From Utricularia gibba (Eukaryota; Plantae; Magnoliophyta), in assembly GCA_002189035.1 (NCBI GenBank), contig NEEC01000012.1, forward strand, positions 1,054,001-1,118,000: a stretch of 64,000 nt of DNA, given 5' to 3'. Positions 14,412-26,962 of this stretch are shown here, piece by piece. The notes below the pieces were generated by a model. It ran no database searches. It saw only the letters and a list, made by a program, of their open reading frames with translations, and was not told the origin of the DNA. Within the stretch, counting starts at the first letter, position 1. Every line of letters begins with the position of its first letter. A program made the translations under genes and the position numbers.

Positions 14412-15810
14412 TGATAGTACACAAATTTTCATGTTTTTAGGATATGAAAATCATAAATTTTTAGTTATGATTAAGTGTTTATCTTATATTTTTAAGTGTT
14501 TTTATGTAATTTAGGAAAATATAATTTTTGGTGTGATTATTGGGCTAAATCCTTGATTTAGCCCACCCCATGTCTAACCCGATTTTGGAGTCTAGCAGCA
14601 ACCCAAGAATCAAGGAAAAATCTAGATTTCGTGAAAGTCACTAGGCTGTAGAGGGCAATGAGTACAATGTCACAGCGATAGTCTGAAAGTCAAGGCTAGG
14701 AGTAGCAAATCAGTCAGAAAATGTACTTGCCTTGGGTCGCGGGAGGCAAGAGAAAAAATGAGGAGAGAAAGTCGCAAAAGAGGGAGGGAGACGACCCCAA
14801 AATTCTCAGAGAGCACACCTGAGGGGGTTTCCTCCCCAACTTGAACATGAAGAATACGAAAGAAGAAGGTGGAAGAAAAGGAATTTTTCTGGAGAAGAAC
14901 CTCCAGCTTGAAGGAAGAAGATCAAGACCCAACTTAAGCGTTACTGTTCCGGTCTAGGAACAGTAGCAGACGAAAACAAGACTGTTTACTGCTTTATTTT
15001 ACCTTGTTGATGTTTTTTAGTTTCTACACCAAACTTTTGCATGATGTTCTCAACATTTTCGTTGTTTTATGTTAATGCCATCACTTTTTACTTTGAAAGC
15101 ATGAGTAGCTAAATCCTAGGAGTGCCTTGAGGTGAAGCATGGTGGTGTGGGTTTAGGAGTCTTAATAAAATTGATCATTGTTTCTAACAAACCATGGGTA
15201 GACCTAAGGAGGGGAACAAGTAGCTTCGCAGCTTAGATGCTTGATTTACAGGTAGACCAACAAATCAAGATGGGAGCAGTAGGTGTTAGTTTGGGATAGA
15301 ACTAGTAGAACCGGGTAGACCAAGCTCTATATGCTTTGCATGCGGCTAGACCTAATTGTAAGATTGGTGATGATATTGAGGACTAACTTAGTCAAAAATA
15401 TGATGAATGACCTAGGTAGACTTAGGTTATTTGAAGTTGTGAATTGAGGAATATGGTGGATTAAATTAGGAATTTAGGCACCACACCACTTGCAGATTCT
15501 TAAGGCATGTTAGTATTAATCTGAGATAGAACTAGGACTTGTTACCTTAGCGTTAAGACCTAATATTAGTTACTGATCTTGTTTACTGAACTTGTTTACA
15601 ACTGTTGTTCCAAACTTAGACTAAGACTTACCTACTTTGAATTTGGCATTTGCTGAAATACAAGACAAGCACAAGCTTCTTGTGATCGACCTCGAATTCC
15701 ATTGTACACTTTGTGTTTAATTTCTATTTTGTGAGGATTAGGGATTATAAATATATTTGATACTGAAGTTTGCTTTTATTGCAACGATATGCTAAAATTT
15801 CCATTTATGA
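14412..15810 (+). repeat. Athila-like LTR, family A, full length, no matching TSD
   Basis: TGATAGTACAC...CATTTATGA, 1399 bp. Collinear with the solo LTR at 19416-20805 (gcatgagtagct, ccatgggtagacctaaggagggg, gacttaggttatttgaagttgtga). Flanks TGGAG and AAGGC differ. Confidence 0.8.
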
Positions 15811-16289
15811 AAGGCTACCAAAAGAAGCCCTGACATGATAATGCTAGTCGACAGGGCGATATGTGTTAGATATTTGACAGTGGTGGTCGTTTGAAACAGT
15901 CTGAAAAGCGGCCGAATTATGGTAGAATAGGCAGTCAATATCTGAAAAGCAAGATCATATAACAAGTGGAGAAAGCAACCAATATCCATAAATATCAGGA
16001 CTCAATCAGATTGGGCTCTTCTATAAGTAGAAGAAGTCATTGTGGAGAAATGGTTGGACCCTAAGAACTCCTCAACTTGTATCATTTTCTTCATCTCCGT
16101 TTAGTAGAAACCTTCTCCGGCGAGCCCCGACAGCTCCGTGGTTTTTCTGCCTTACAGTGTTTCCATGTAAAAAATCCTTGCCTATTTTCATTTCATCTGG
16201 TCAAACTAAACATAATCAAAACATCCAATACCATTCATAACCCGAAAATTGACCTAGCCCAGTATACCGACTTTCACCAGTAACATTTT

Positions 16290-16307
16290 TGGCACTGACT
16301 GTGGGGC
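16290..16307 (+). other. Primer-binding site (tRNA-Lys-like, degenerate)
   Basis: TGGCACTGACTGTGGGGC a few bases after the LTR end ...GTAACA. Resembles the TGGCGCC...GTGGG PBS type of Tat elements. Confidence 0.65.
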
Positions 16308-19300
16308 AGATCTATTGTCCCACTTGAGAAATTCACAAAAGTCGCTCACTAAATATCGATCATGGAAGAAAATAGCATAGCTACTAACCCGGTCTATTAA
16401 GGAAGTGCCGGCATGCAAGACCCCGGTCTTATGATCACCACTAGGGAACAATTTAAGACCCTTCTAATGGAAATCCGTTCTGACTTTAGGGCAACTTCGA
16501 GATTGAATTCCAACGCCTAGGAGGGGACACCTCAAACTGCACGACGAGCGGAAAAGAAACCCCTAATTCCAAAATATCCCCCAAACATGGAGACTGAATT
16601 CGAAACCAAGGAGGAGATGTTGCGAGGAAAGAGGCGCAACCAGGTCATCTACGAGCCAGGAAAAAATAGGGAAAACATAACTAGCGAAGTCTTGGAAAAA
16701 AGGGAAGAAGAATTGAAGGGAGAACTAGACCAGATCCGCAAGAGGAGAAGGCTCATCGACAGACAGAGGTTGCCAGGGGGAACAGAGAATAGGGGCTTTA
16801 GGGACGTTTTCAATTAGAACATATGCACTGTGAGAGGGGATGTTCTGGCCGATATTGATCTGACCTTGAAGAGCAGAGTCAAAGGAGCATTTGGAACCCC
16901 AATGCTACGCTTTGACCCTTTCTTGGACGACTTAATCGGGGAAGAGCCTGAGAGGGGATTTAGAGTCCCGACCGGACTACTCACATATGACGGAAAAGGG
17001 GACCCCATATCTCATGTAATCAACTTCAATATGAGCATGTCCACGGTTTTGATATGAAAGCCATGAAATGTAAGCTGTTCACTTGCTCACTCCAAAAGGG
17101 AGCAAAGACTTGGTTTAAACAATTAGAACCATGTGGGATCCTATCAAGAGTTGGTGTTACTCTTTACTACCCGATATGCTGTCAACATCGAAGCTCCACC
17201 TTCAAAGGCAACCCCTTATTCTATTCGGTATGACCACCGAAAAGAGAGCTTGAGAAGATTTATCGATCAATTCAACTGCCTGGCACAGGATGTCCAGTTG
17301 GATTTGAAGGAGAGGGTGGAGATAATGAAGCGGGCCCTAGGAACGGAGTCAATCTAGTATCATCTAAGGAGGGTGAGATGCATCCAGCCCGCATGGAGTT
17401 ATATGCATTTGATCGGCGGGCCGTTCAAACTGTCGGAAAAATAATCTTGCCCGTGACATTTCGAGCAACAGGACGGAGTCGGGGCGAGAGATTAGAATTC
17501 TTGATCCTAGATTCGGAGGTCTCATATAACATCATTTTCGGGCAACCCAGCATCAACGAGTTCGGTATGTTAACCTCGACTGTGCATCTGAAAATTAAAT
17601 TTCTGACACCAATGGGCATCTGTACACTGGATATCGACTTAACGGCCGCCCGATCCTGTTATGTCTCTTCTTGCTGGAATCCCTGTGCGAAGAAACCTAG
17701 GATAATGGAACGAGGATTGCCGGATTGCCTTTGAGAAGCTCAAAGAATATCTCTCATCACCTCTGCTTCTTGTAGCTATGAAGGAAGGGGAGCTCCACGG
17801 GCTATATCTATCAATATGGACCATTGTGGTCAGCGTAGTTTTGACAACCATCTTGAGAGATAGACACCTGCCAGTATATTATGTGAGCAAGGTTTTGCTA
17901 CGGGCCGAAACTCGATACACGGAAACAGAGAAGTTCATCTTGGCTCTAAAAATGGTGGCCACCAAGCTGAAGTCATACTTCCAGGATCGACATATCGTGT
18001 TCACCAATCAACCACTGAAGAATATCCTATCTTGACTCGAAATCTTTGAAAGGGTAGCCAAATGCGCTGTCGAATTAAGCACAATGGATATTTAATTCAA
18101 GTTGAGAATGGCAGTTAAAGCCCAACCCCTTGCTGATTTTGTGGTCGAAATGACTCGGCCAATTGACCAATTTATGGAGACCAACGATCAGTGGACCATG
18201 TATGTCGATGGCTCCACATAAAATGGGGCTAGAGGAAGAATCGATATCCGAACTCAGGACGGGGAACACATCTACATCATGGTGAAGTTCCTATTCCCCA
18301 GCTCTCACAGTGTAGCCGAATATAAGGCCTTGGTTGTAGGGATGAAAATTGCCAAGGAACTTGGATTTGCAGAGCTCAACGTTTATACGGACTCACGACT
18401 AGTACAAGGACAGTTTTCGGGTGAGTACGAAACCCATGACTCCCTAATGGCTCTATACTGTGCCAAGACGAAGGAGTTTGCAAAGACCTTCAAGGAGTTC
18501 ACTTTGTCACATATTACACGCAAAGAAAATGGATCCACAAACAGCCTCACCCGATTTGCCACAGGTTTTTCGGAATTGACAGAAGAGAGTGTGACGATCT
18601 GGTTGTATCAGCCTTCAGTAACTTTGTGGGTAGTGAACCATATTACCCAACGATTGGGAAATGACATCTCTCTGCAGCTGAGCCTCCTTGAAGCTTGGAT
18701 ATTGCCCTACATCCAATACCTGCAAAATGGAGAAAAGCCACCCAGTAAATCAGAAGCCTGACAGCTGGAGATCAAGGCAAGGAGATATACACTAATAAAT
18801 GGAATTTTCTATCAAAGATCATTAGATGGACCCCTATTGAGGTGTATCGGGACAAAGCACTCTCAAGAACTTATAACTGATCTGCATGAAGGGGAGTCCA
18901 TCAGCCACATCGGGATATGATCCTTATGCAGGAAAACTTTAAGAGTCAGGTATTATTGGCCAACTATGAAGCGGGATATTACTAAGATAGTGAAGAGGTG
19001 CAAAGTATGCCAATACCATGCAAGTATACCAAGAAAACAGGTAAATGACTTGGACTCTCTTCCATTCTCATGCCCGTTCAATCGGTGGGGAGTGGATATT
19101 ATGGGGCCGTTCCCCAAAACCTTGGGCCAAAGGAAATTTGTCATCATGGGAGTCGAATATTTCTAAAAATGGGTAGAAACCGAAGCCATGGCAAAAATAT
19201 CAGAGGAGATTGTTATTTGATTTCTGTGGAAAAATATCTTCATCCAGTTCGGAATTCCTCAAGAACTAGTGACCGATAATGAGACCAATTTTGCTGGAGG

Positions 19301-19415
19301 AAAAATGGATTCATTCCTGGATAAATATTTGGTCAAGCACAACTTCACTTCGGTGTATCACCCCCAAAGCAATGCTTTCACGGAGGTAACAAAACGAACG
19401 CTCAGACTGCATATG

Positions 19416-20805
19416 TGATGACACACATTTTTCCTAAATTTTGAAATACAAAACGATTATATTTTATTATGGTTTAGGTTAGATAAATGTGATTTTTCAT
19501 GATTTAGTGGTGTTTATGTTAATCCTATGTGATTATTTTGAAAAGTAGACTAAATCCTTTGATTTAGTCCACAACTCTTGTTACTGATGTCTTAGTAAGT
19601 TCAGCAGGGAGATGAGTCGAAATCAGACTTGCAAGTGTTTAAAACAAGCACAAAGGGCGCAAAATCTGAAGAAAGACAAAGAGCACGTTTCCACCACCAC
19701 CACAGTCTGCAAGTTCAGGCCTGGAACAGTGCTGGTGGTCGGGAACAGTACTACGGACAGCAACAGTGCAATGAAGTGAAGGAAAGGGGAGAGCCCGAAG
19801 GAGAACACATAGAGGGGGGACGCAAGGGGGTCTTCTTCCCCAACGGGAAAAACCAACCAGAAGGGGGGAAGAAACGCCTCCATCATCAAGAGCAGCGCTA
19901 GAGCCCAATCCAGCGCTACTGTTCCAGGCTGTGAACAATAGCTAACGGGCGGAAGAACAATCTTTATTTACTTTCTAGTTTTTTTATCATTTTGACTTTC
20001 TGCATTTGACTTGTTTACCATGTTTCTGCCATTTTGGCCAACTTATATGAATGAAATCGTGTTTTATTTCCAAAGCATGAGTGGCTAGAGTCTTAGGGAT
20101 GCCTTAAGGTGAAGTGGTGTGGTGTGTGTTTAGGTTTGATGATGAAATTTAGTTGTCTTCCTTAACTCTTGTTTCTATCAAACCATGGGTAGACCTAAGG
20201 AGGGGAGCAAATAGTTTCACAACTTAGAAGCTTGGTTTAGAGGTAGACCAACAAACCAAGATGGGGGCAGTCGGCGTTAGTCCAAGGTAGAACTAGTAGA
20301 ATCGGGTAGACCTAGTTCTATATGCCTTGAATGCGGGTAGACCTAATTGCAATGTGGGTTATGACATTGAGGATTAGCTTAAGCCAAAAATATGATGAAT
20401 GACCTTGGCAGACTTAGGTTATTTGAAGTTGTGAGTGTAGAAAGATAATAAATTAAGTTAGGAAGCTTAGCATAACACCACCGGTAGATCCTTAAGGCGT
20501 CCTCGTATTAGTCTGAGTCAAAACCAGTACCTGTTACCTTAGCGTAGAAACCTGATATTGCTTACCTACTTTGTTTACTGAACTTGTTTACCACTGTTAG
20601 TCCGAGCTTAGACTAACACCTACTGTTATCCGAAATCTTGCATCTACTAAAATACTTAGCAAGCACAAGCTCTTCGTGATCGACTCCGATATCCACTATA
20701 CAAGTTTTCCAAATTTGTATTTTGTGTAGATTAGGGATTATAAATTTATTTGATATGGATTTTCTATTTTTATTTGCAACGATATTAGGAAAAAACCGTT
20801 TATCA
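19416..20805 (+). mobile_element. Athila-like solo LTR (family A) inserted in the Retand integrase
   Basis: TGATGACAC...TTTATCA, 1390 bp, exact TSD ATATG (19411-19415 and 20806-20810). The integrase reading EVTKRTLRLHM|KTMLEDFGGSWADCLDGVL resumes across the insertion. Confidence 0.95.
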
Positions 20806-22379
20806 ATATGAAAACTATGCTTGAGGATTTCGGAGGGTCATGGGCTGACTGCTTGGATGGGGTGTTGTGATCGTATCGCACCACCCCTCGAACCACCACA
20901 GAAGAATCTCCCTTCTTATTGGTTTACGGTTCAGAAGCTGTCTGACCAATCGAACTAACCCTAAAGAGTTATCAAGTAGAGCACTTTAATGAAGAGGAAA
21001 ATGCTGACCTGCGAAAATTGGAGTAGGAGTTGTTGGAAGAAAAACGACAAAGCATCTTTAGCCAACTAGGGGCTTATCAGAGAAGAATGGAAAAGAGCTA
21101 CAACAAGTCGGTATCTCCAAGGGAATTCTCCAAGGGAGATTTGGTGCTCCAAAGCATCCAACCACAAAGACATGTAGGGAAATTAGACCGCAACAAAGAA
21201 GGCCCTTATCGGATTTCAAGGGTGATCGGAAAAGAAGCTTATCGTCTAGAACAGTTAGATGGCGTGGAATTCCCAAGGTCATGGAATGCATCACACCTAA
21301 GGAAATTCTACACCTAATTGGCTCAATATCAATCTCTATCACAGGTTTATGCAGGATTCGATATTCTCTTCGTCAAAACACTCAAGCAGCTATAAGTTCC
21401 TCCAAAGTGGAGATGAGTAAACAAGATCATCAGCCGTGGCCGAGTCGCGTAAGCCTAGGCAGACCCTCAAAACCTAAACCATAACCTGTGGCCAAGTTAC
21501 ATAATTCCAGGAAAATCTCCTAAGTCTGCATCCCCTACTGGATACAACAAATCAACTCGAGGTTTCCCCTAATATATATGGCCTCCTCAACCCAATCGCT
21601 AGTGACAAGTGTAAGCCTTGGTACAATTTGGGCATCGGTTTTCTTAAATTGCACACTTAAGCCCCGAAAAGCCATTAAGTACTCACTTTACTGCCAAAAT
21701 CTCAAGATGGCAAGAGCATCCAAATAGAATCCGCCCATGTTCAAAACAATGGGATTTCGGCCAAAAGAGGGCCCATTCGGATTGGGGAAGTCACTCAACC
21801 CATGAGAGGTTTCGATCTACTTCCCTAGCAGCGGTTCAGCTCGCATATGGAAAGATCAAGGGAAACAGAAATCAAAAAGCCCAATCAATGGGTTGGAAAA
21901 AGACACATACCTTCCAGATCATGCTAGCCCAAGCGAGTATTCCAAAAAGGATAAGCCTCCTAAACCAACTCAGGGCTCTCCCTAGAATGTGAAGCCTCCT
22001 AAACCCAAGCATCAGTAGTAAGGATAAGCCCTGGTATGATTTGGGTACCAGTTTCGTTAAACTGATCATAAGACCCAAAAAGGCCCAGAATATAGCTCTC
22101 TATGCTAGATGTTGAAATGGCAAACACGCTCAGAATGATTGGTTATACCCTTAAAGGCCTAGAGGATTCACTTGAATTGGAAGACGATCTAGTCCCCGGG
22201 AGGGTCCGAGTAACCTCCTCAACGAATACGTAGGCAAAAAAAAAAGGAAAAAAAACCCACTAAGTGACTAGCAAGTCACAAGGTCCACGAATAGAAGAGA
22301 TTAGCAAAAGAAAAATGGAACCTAAAAGTTGAGGGACCTGAGGAATGAACCGTAAATCGAGATCCCAAAACATTCAAAA

Positions 22380-25300
22380 ACCCCAAATTGGGGACAAAAA
22401 TATTAGCTCCAAGGGAGCAAAAGGAAAAGAAAGACGACTAATTTTCAGGGGGAGCAGGGGATTAGTAGGAACACCAACATAGGGGCCAACATGCCCCTCT
22501 AACCGCGCTTGTAGCTTGGCCTCGCTCTCTCGCCTGATCCTTGCCCAGACGAGGGCTATCAGCCACTCTCGATCTGCTTTGAGACGATAGGGCCGTATAC
22601 ACGTCCGTGATAACATCCATCATGTTCTCGTCCTTTCTCAAGGGATCGACCCTATCGAAACGTGGATCCGTGATAGCCAACCCGAAGTCTTGGCTGATTT
22701 GGCGCCTTTGCCAATAGAGAAGCAAACTGATCAGGTCTCCCACATAAATATCGGACAGCTCCAAAAAGCACGCAGAATTGGCAAAGTTCTCTAGAAGCTC
22801 CTGCCGAGATGCTTCATGATTCAGTAACTCGGCTTCTAGAGCCATGAAGCGATCTTTGGCCTCGTTTAATTCAGCTTCCGTCTCCTCGAATGTTAATCAA
22901 AAGCCTTCTCTTTCCAATTTGGCATCATTGACCGCTTTTCCCATCTCTTCAACCATATTCTGCAGCTTCTCCTTTCAGCATTCATGCTTCCGAAGAATAC
23001 TCCTCAACGAACTTCCTTCTTTTGCCATCTGTTTCATCTTGGCGTCCTAGGCCTCAACATGTCTTTGGTGGCGAAGAACTTCCTCAGGTTGGGAGCCAAC
23101 CTTCTTTTCCAATCCCCATCTGAAATTCAAGGCTTGGATAAAGACTATTAAGTTAAAAATCGATCATGAATGACACTGAGAAGGAAGAGGACTAATACCT
23201 GCCAAATCCCTTTCAAAATAACTTCCGGTTGAACGTCCGGAAGAATCGGCACAACATCATCTAGCATTCTTTAACTCGGTAGGAACCGAAGACAAGGGAA
23301 GAGTTGGATCATCTTCAACCTCTATTGAAGCCAGCTCCTTTTGTGCCTCATTCAGGGGAGCAGATGTGGAAGCGCCCGCCGAAAGGAGCCCAGTGTCGAA
23401 TGCCGGAACTTCATAAAGATTGGGCGACGGTGGCACTTTTTCTTTTCCTTTCCCAATTGGGAGAGGAGGAGTCGGATCCAAGTGTCGGAGACTTCTACCA
23501 CACGACCCTCCTCTACCTGAGGATCACCGGCATTCGGTTGAACTTAAGGAGGAGCCACTTCGGATATCTGTATCCTCAGCATCTCCGCAGAAAAGTAGGC
23601 ACTCACTGAGTTTTCCAAGGCACTCATTTTGGGCCATATCTTCAACTGCAAAGAAAGAGCGGAGACATCATAAGACCCCGTGCCGAGTTTGAAATTCAGA
23701 AAATTAGAGCCTAACTACCTCTTCGCTTCTTTGCCTCAACCCATTTCTTTTTCTTGGGGACCTTGGATTGGGTAGATTGGCGAATCGAAGCCGGGACTGG
23801 AACGGAGGGAAAATTCAGCGGAGAAGTGTCACGACCCACTTTTAGGGCCCAGAAAAGATGAGTCATGACCACCCAGTCCTAGCTAAAATGCTAGAACTCA
23901 AGGTGTCTTTCATTACATTATCTAATAATAGTAAATGGGTAGAGTTACATATGTAAACTGGATATAAGACTTTATCCAAGTGCTTTTGTATAATATAGTT
24001 CATAAGTCCATAATGAAATAGATTCAAAACGAAAAGTATATTATACATATACCATACTCATACAAACCTAGTAAACAAGCTATACTACTATATACTCATA
24101 TTCATAAAACTTTGGAAAGCATGGTTGATCACTAGACCTCTACTGGCTCCTTTCATCCCCTAAAATAAATAAAAGAGTGATCATACTTTTGAGTTTTAAA
24201 ACAAGTGAAGATTAAGAAAGAATATAAAGAATTTATAAAAGAAACTTGAAACACATTGGGAGTCCCCCTAGCTATCTTTTCTCACTTCTGATGTCCATCT
24301 AACATTGGCCTTGCTATCAGTCCATGATAGGTGAGACAAAAGGTCCCCTTGTTCATGGTTTCACGCTCAGGAGAGCCACCTCCGACCATAAAACCACAAA
24401 CGCAAGCCATACATAACTTCTCATATCATATCTTGCATAGCTTTCATACTTTTGGCTTTCCACTTATACATGGTGCCTCAGACATGCCTGACATATTAGC
24501 CATAGTGCCCATGGTATAACCACGTTGCTGAAGATATGCGTCCATATCCCCTCCATTATTTTCTATCTTGTTTATCACATAGTATATAGAAATATATATT
24601 GCAATATTATCTCAAAGATAACATGGGTGGCTATAAGTAACAAGAATCACACTTTTGGGACTCAAAGATAGCTTTATCTGAATTAATGTGAAATAACCTA
24701 TTGCCCTATTAAAATTTTCATACAACTTAAAAGGTTTCTAAGTATAGACACAATCACATCCAAAGTAACAGAAATTAAACACATAAGTTTGTATAAATCA
24801 ATTTCAAAGATAAGCAAACCTTCAAAAGCAATCATGCCACTTACCTTAACACCTTAGACTCCAAACCAACTCTAAAGCTTCGTTCATTGAAGGCACTATA
24901 ATCTTTTCTTCAAACCTCTCCTCCTTGCCTTTTGTAAAACTCAAAAATAAAATGAAAGAACCTTACATTCCATCATATATATATTCCCATCTACATCTCC
25001 TCCTTATTTTGCATGCCACATGTGGCACACATGTATGACGTACAAGTGGCACACATGCAAGAGGACACATTGTGCACCTACAATAGGACATGTGGCACAC
25101 ATGCGATATGACACATGTCATGCACTTAGTGGTTGTCACTTGGATGCATTTGATTGGCTAGGGTGGTGTAAACTAAAACAAGTTAAAACTAAAGAGTAAA
25201 GTTCTTAAAGCTGGAATCTTCACAAGAAGGAGGGGGCAGAGTTTGTAAATTGGTACTTTCAGAGGGTACAATATTGGGCCAATGGGGATCGCGACAACGA

Positions 25301-25970
25301 CTAATAAGACCCGACCTTCTAAGAGACTCCCCCGAAAACATCAAGGAACGAGTTTCGAACCAAAAGGAACCCCAGCTAAGCCTCTCGTATAAGGCTTCGC
25401 GAGATTGGGATGAGGACCTATATGCTTCAGGAAGCTTCACTCTAAAGGGAGTTGAGGGATTAATCGGGAAATTCCACCGAAAACCCAAAGGGGTGCCACC
25501 TAGACAAAAGAAGACCACTAATCATGGTGGGTATCGAGGGCTTTCACAATGAAATGAGGATTATCCTCAAATCAGCAGAATTGGAAATGAGATCGGCCCT
25601 CCATGGGGGATTTTGCCTTTCGAACAGCAATCTTAAAAAGGTGAAGAAAATCTACTAGGGACATAGCCGGATCCATACCGGCCGAGTAGACTAAGAGAGT
25701 AGCGCAATAGAAGATAAAATTCGGGGCAAAGCAGTAAAGCGGTACAACAAAGGTATCAAGGAAGCAGACTATCGTAGGATGAAGCGGAAATTGTAAACTG
25801 CTTTCAAAATAGGCTAGGGGAATCGGCAAACTGAAAGGAGGTAGGGGGTTCGCACCAATTCCCCAAGGGATTTCAGTGTCTTGAGCGTGAGAAACTAAGT
25901 ACTCCTCGGGAATCGAATATCGGATTCAAAGAGAAAAGATATCTAACTCACTGGATCTCTCAACCATTTT
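22380..25970 (-). pseudogene. Antisense extra ORF of the Retand element (Transposase_28/PF04195-like N-terminus, coiled-coil C-terminus), split by a solo LTR
   Basis: Minus-strand IRYSIPEEY (~25915) and AYFESSLQFPLHPTIVCFLD...FAPN (25572-25829) match the GLRFPLHP...QLxPN motif. It continues at 25229-25518 and, after the solo LTR, as a Pro/Ser-rich segment (23257-23481) and a coiled coil (22462-23110). Candidate GT-AG intron 23120-23198. Several stops and frameshifts. Confidence 0.8.
23827..25224 (-). mobile_element. Tekay/Del-like (chromovirus) solo LTR
   Basis: Minus strand reads TGTGAAG...GGGTCGTGACA, 1398 bp, with exact TSD AGAAG (23822-23826 and 25225-25229). The GGGTCGTGACA terminus is typical of Del/Tekay LTRs; family call is by-eye. 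Confidence 0.85.
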
Positions 25971-26373
25971 CAAAAGAGGAGGAGAGGTCTGATTTCAGAA
26001 ATATATGGATGTCAGGCGTGGGAGAAGACCGGAAGAAATCCAAGAAACTGAGCGGGAAAGCAAAGAACCAACGGGTACCTGAGAGATTTGAAGCTTCCGG
26101 CAGGAATCATGGCAGTGAGTTGCAGTGGAGCACAACGGAATGCAGGAGGCGCAGAAGTCTCGCGAGCGAAAAGAAGAAGCAAAAGGGTGAAAAATGAGGA
26201 GGGGAGTGCGTATTAATAGGGGAGATATTCGGGAGACGAAATGGCGCATCATTTGGGATGCCAAGAATGAGCGGGAAAAATGGTGCGCCCAAGAGGTGAT
26301 GCATTGCAAGGAAATCGTTCAGAATCGGCTTGAGACTCACCATGAAAAATGGTATATCCAAAACTGGTATAGT

Positions 26374-26962
26374 TGTAGTTCTGATCCAACGACTTGCCTT
26401 GGAAAGGCCAGTGCCGGTAAATCAGAGCGGCTGAATGATGGAGTATACATCGACTAAGGATAATCGATTTCTGAAAGGCTGCCAAAAGAAGCCCTGACAG
26501 GATAACACCAATCGACAAGTCGATATGTGTCAGATATTTGACAGCGATGGCCGTGACATAGTCTGAAAAGTGGCCAAATTATGACAAAATAGGCGGCTGA
26601 TATCTGAAAAGCAAGATCACATAGCAGATGATGCAGAAAGCAACCGATATCCGTAGATGTCAGGACTCAGTCAGATTGGGCTCTTTTATAAGTAGAAGAA
26701 GTCATTGTGGAGAACACGTTGGACCCTAAGAACTCCTCAACTTGTATTGTTTTCTTCACCTCTGTCTAGTAGAAATCCTCTCCGGCGAACCGCGACAGCT
26801 CTGTGGTTTTTTTACCTTACAGTGGTTTCCACGTAAAAAATCTTTACCTATTTTCATTTCATCCAGTCAAACTGAACAAACCACGAAAAGAAATGATACC
26901 TCTGATGCCACCCATAACCCGAAAATCAACCCATTCCTATATACCGATTTTCACCCGTTACA
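26374..26962 (+). repeat. 3' LTR of the Retand-type element
   Basis: TGTAGTTC...CCGTTACA, 589 bp. Positions 26475-26962 align with 15811-16285. Preceded by a decayed PPT-like aaaactggtatagt. Confidence 0.85.

Larger units (their letters stand above)
15811..26962 (+). mobile_element. Ty3/gypsy Tat-clade (Retand-type) LTR retrotransposon, degenerate and internally deleted
   Basis: 5' LTR remnant 15811-16285 matches 3' LTR 26374-26962 (TGTA...TACA). PBS 16290-16307. Then gag fragments (~16350-17360), protease C-half (17378-17700), RNase H (PVYYVSKVL..AETRY..EK, ~17720-18100), a second archaeal-type RNase H (WTMYVDGS...AEYKAL, ~18190-18560), and integrase (WGVDIMGPFP; ~18780-19415 plus 20806-21317). 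The RH-aRH-INT order is established for Retand/Ogre. Confidence 0.92.

Noticed and set aside
25225-25246. Purine run AGAAGGAGGGGGCAGAG followed by TGT, first read as the Retand PPT and 3' LTR start
   Set aside because: AGAAG is the TSD of the Tekay-like solo LTR, and the downstream sequence is the antisense Transposase_28-like ORF. The LTR start at 26374 (TGTA...TACA) fits better.
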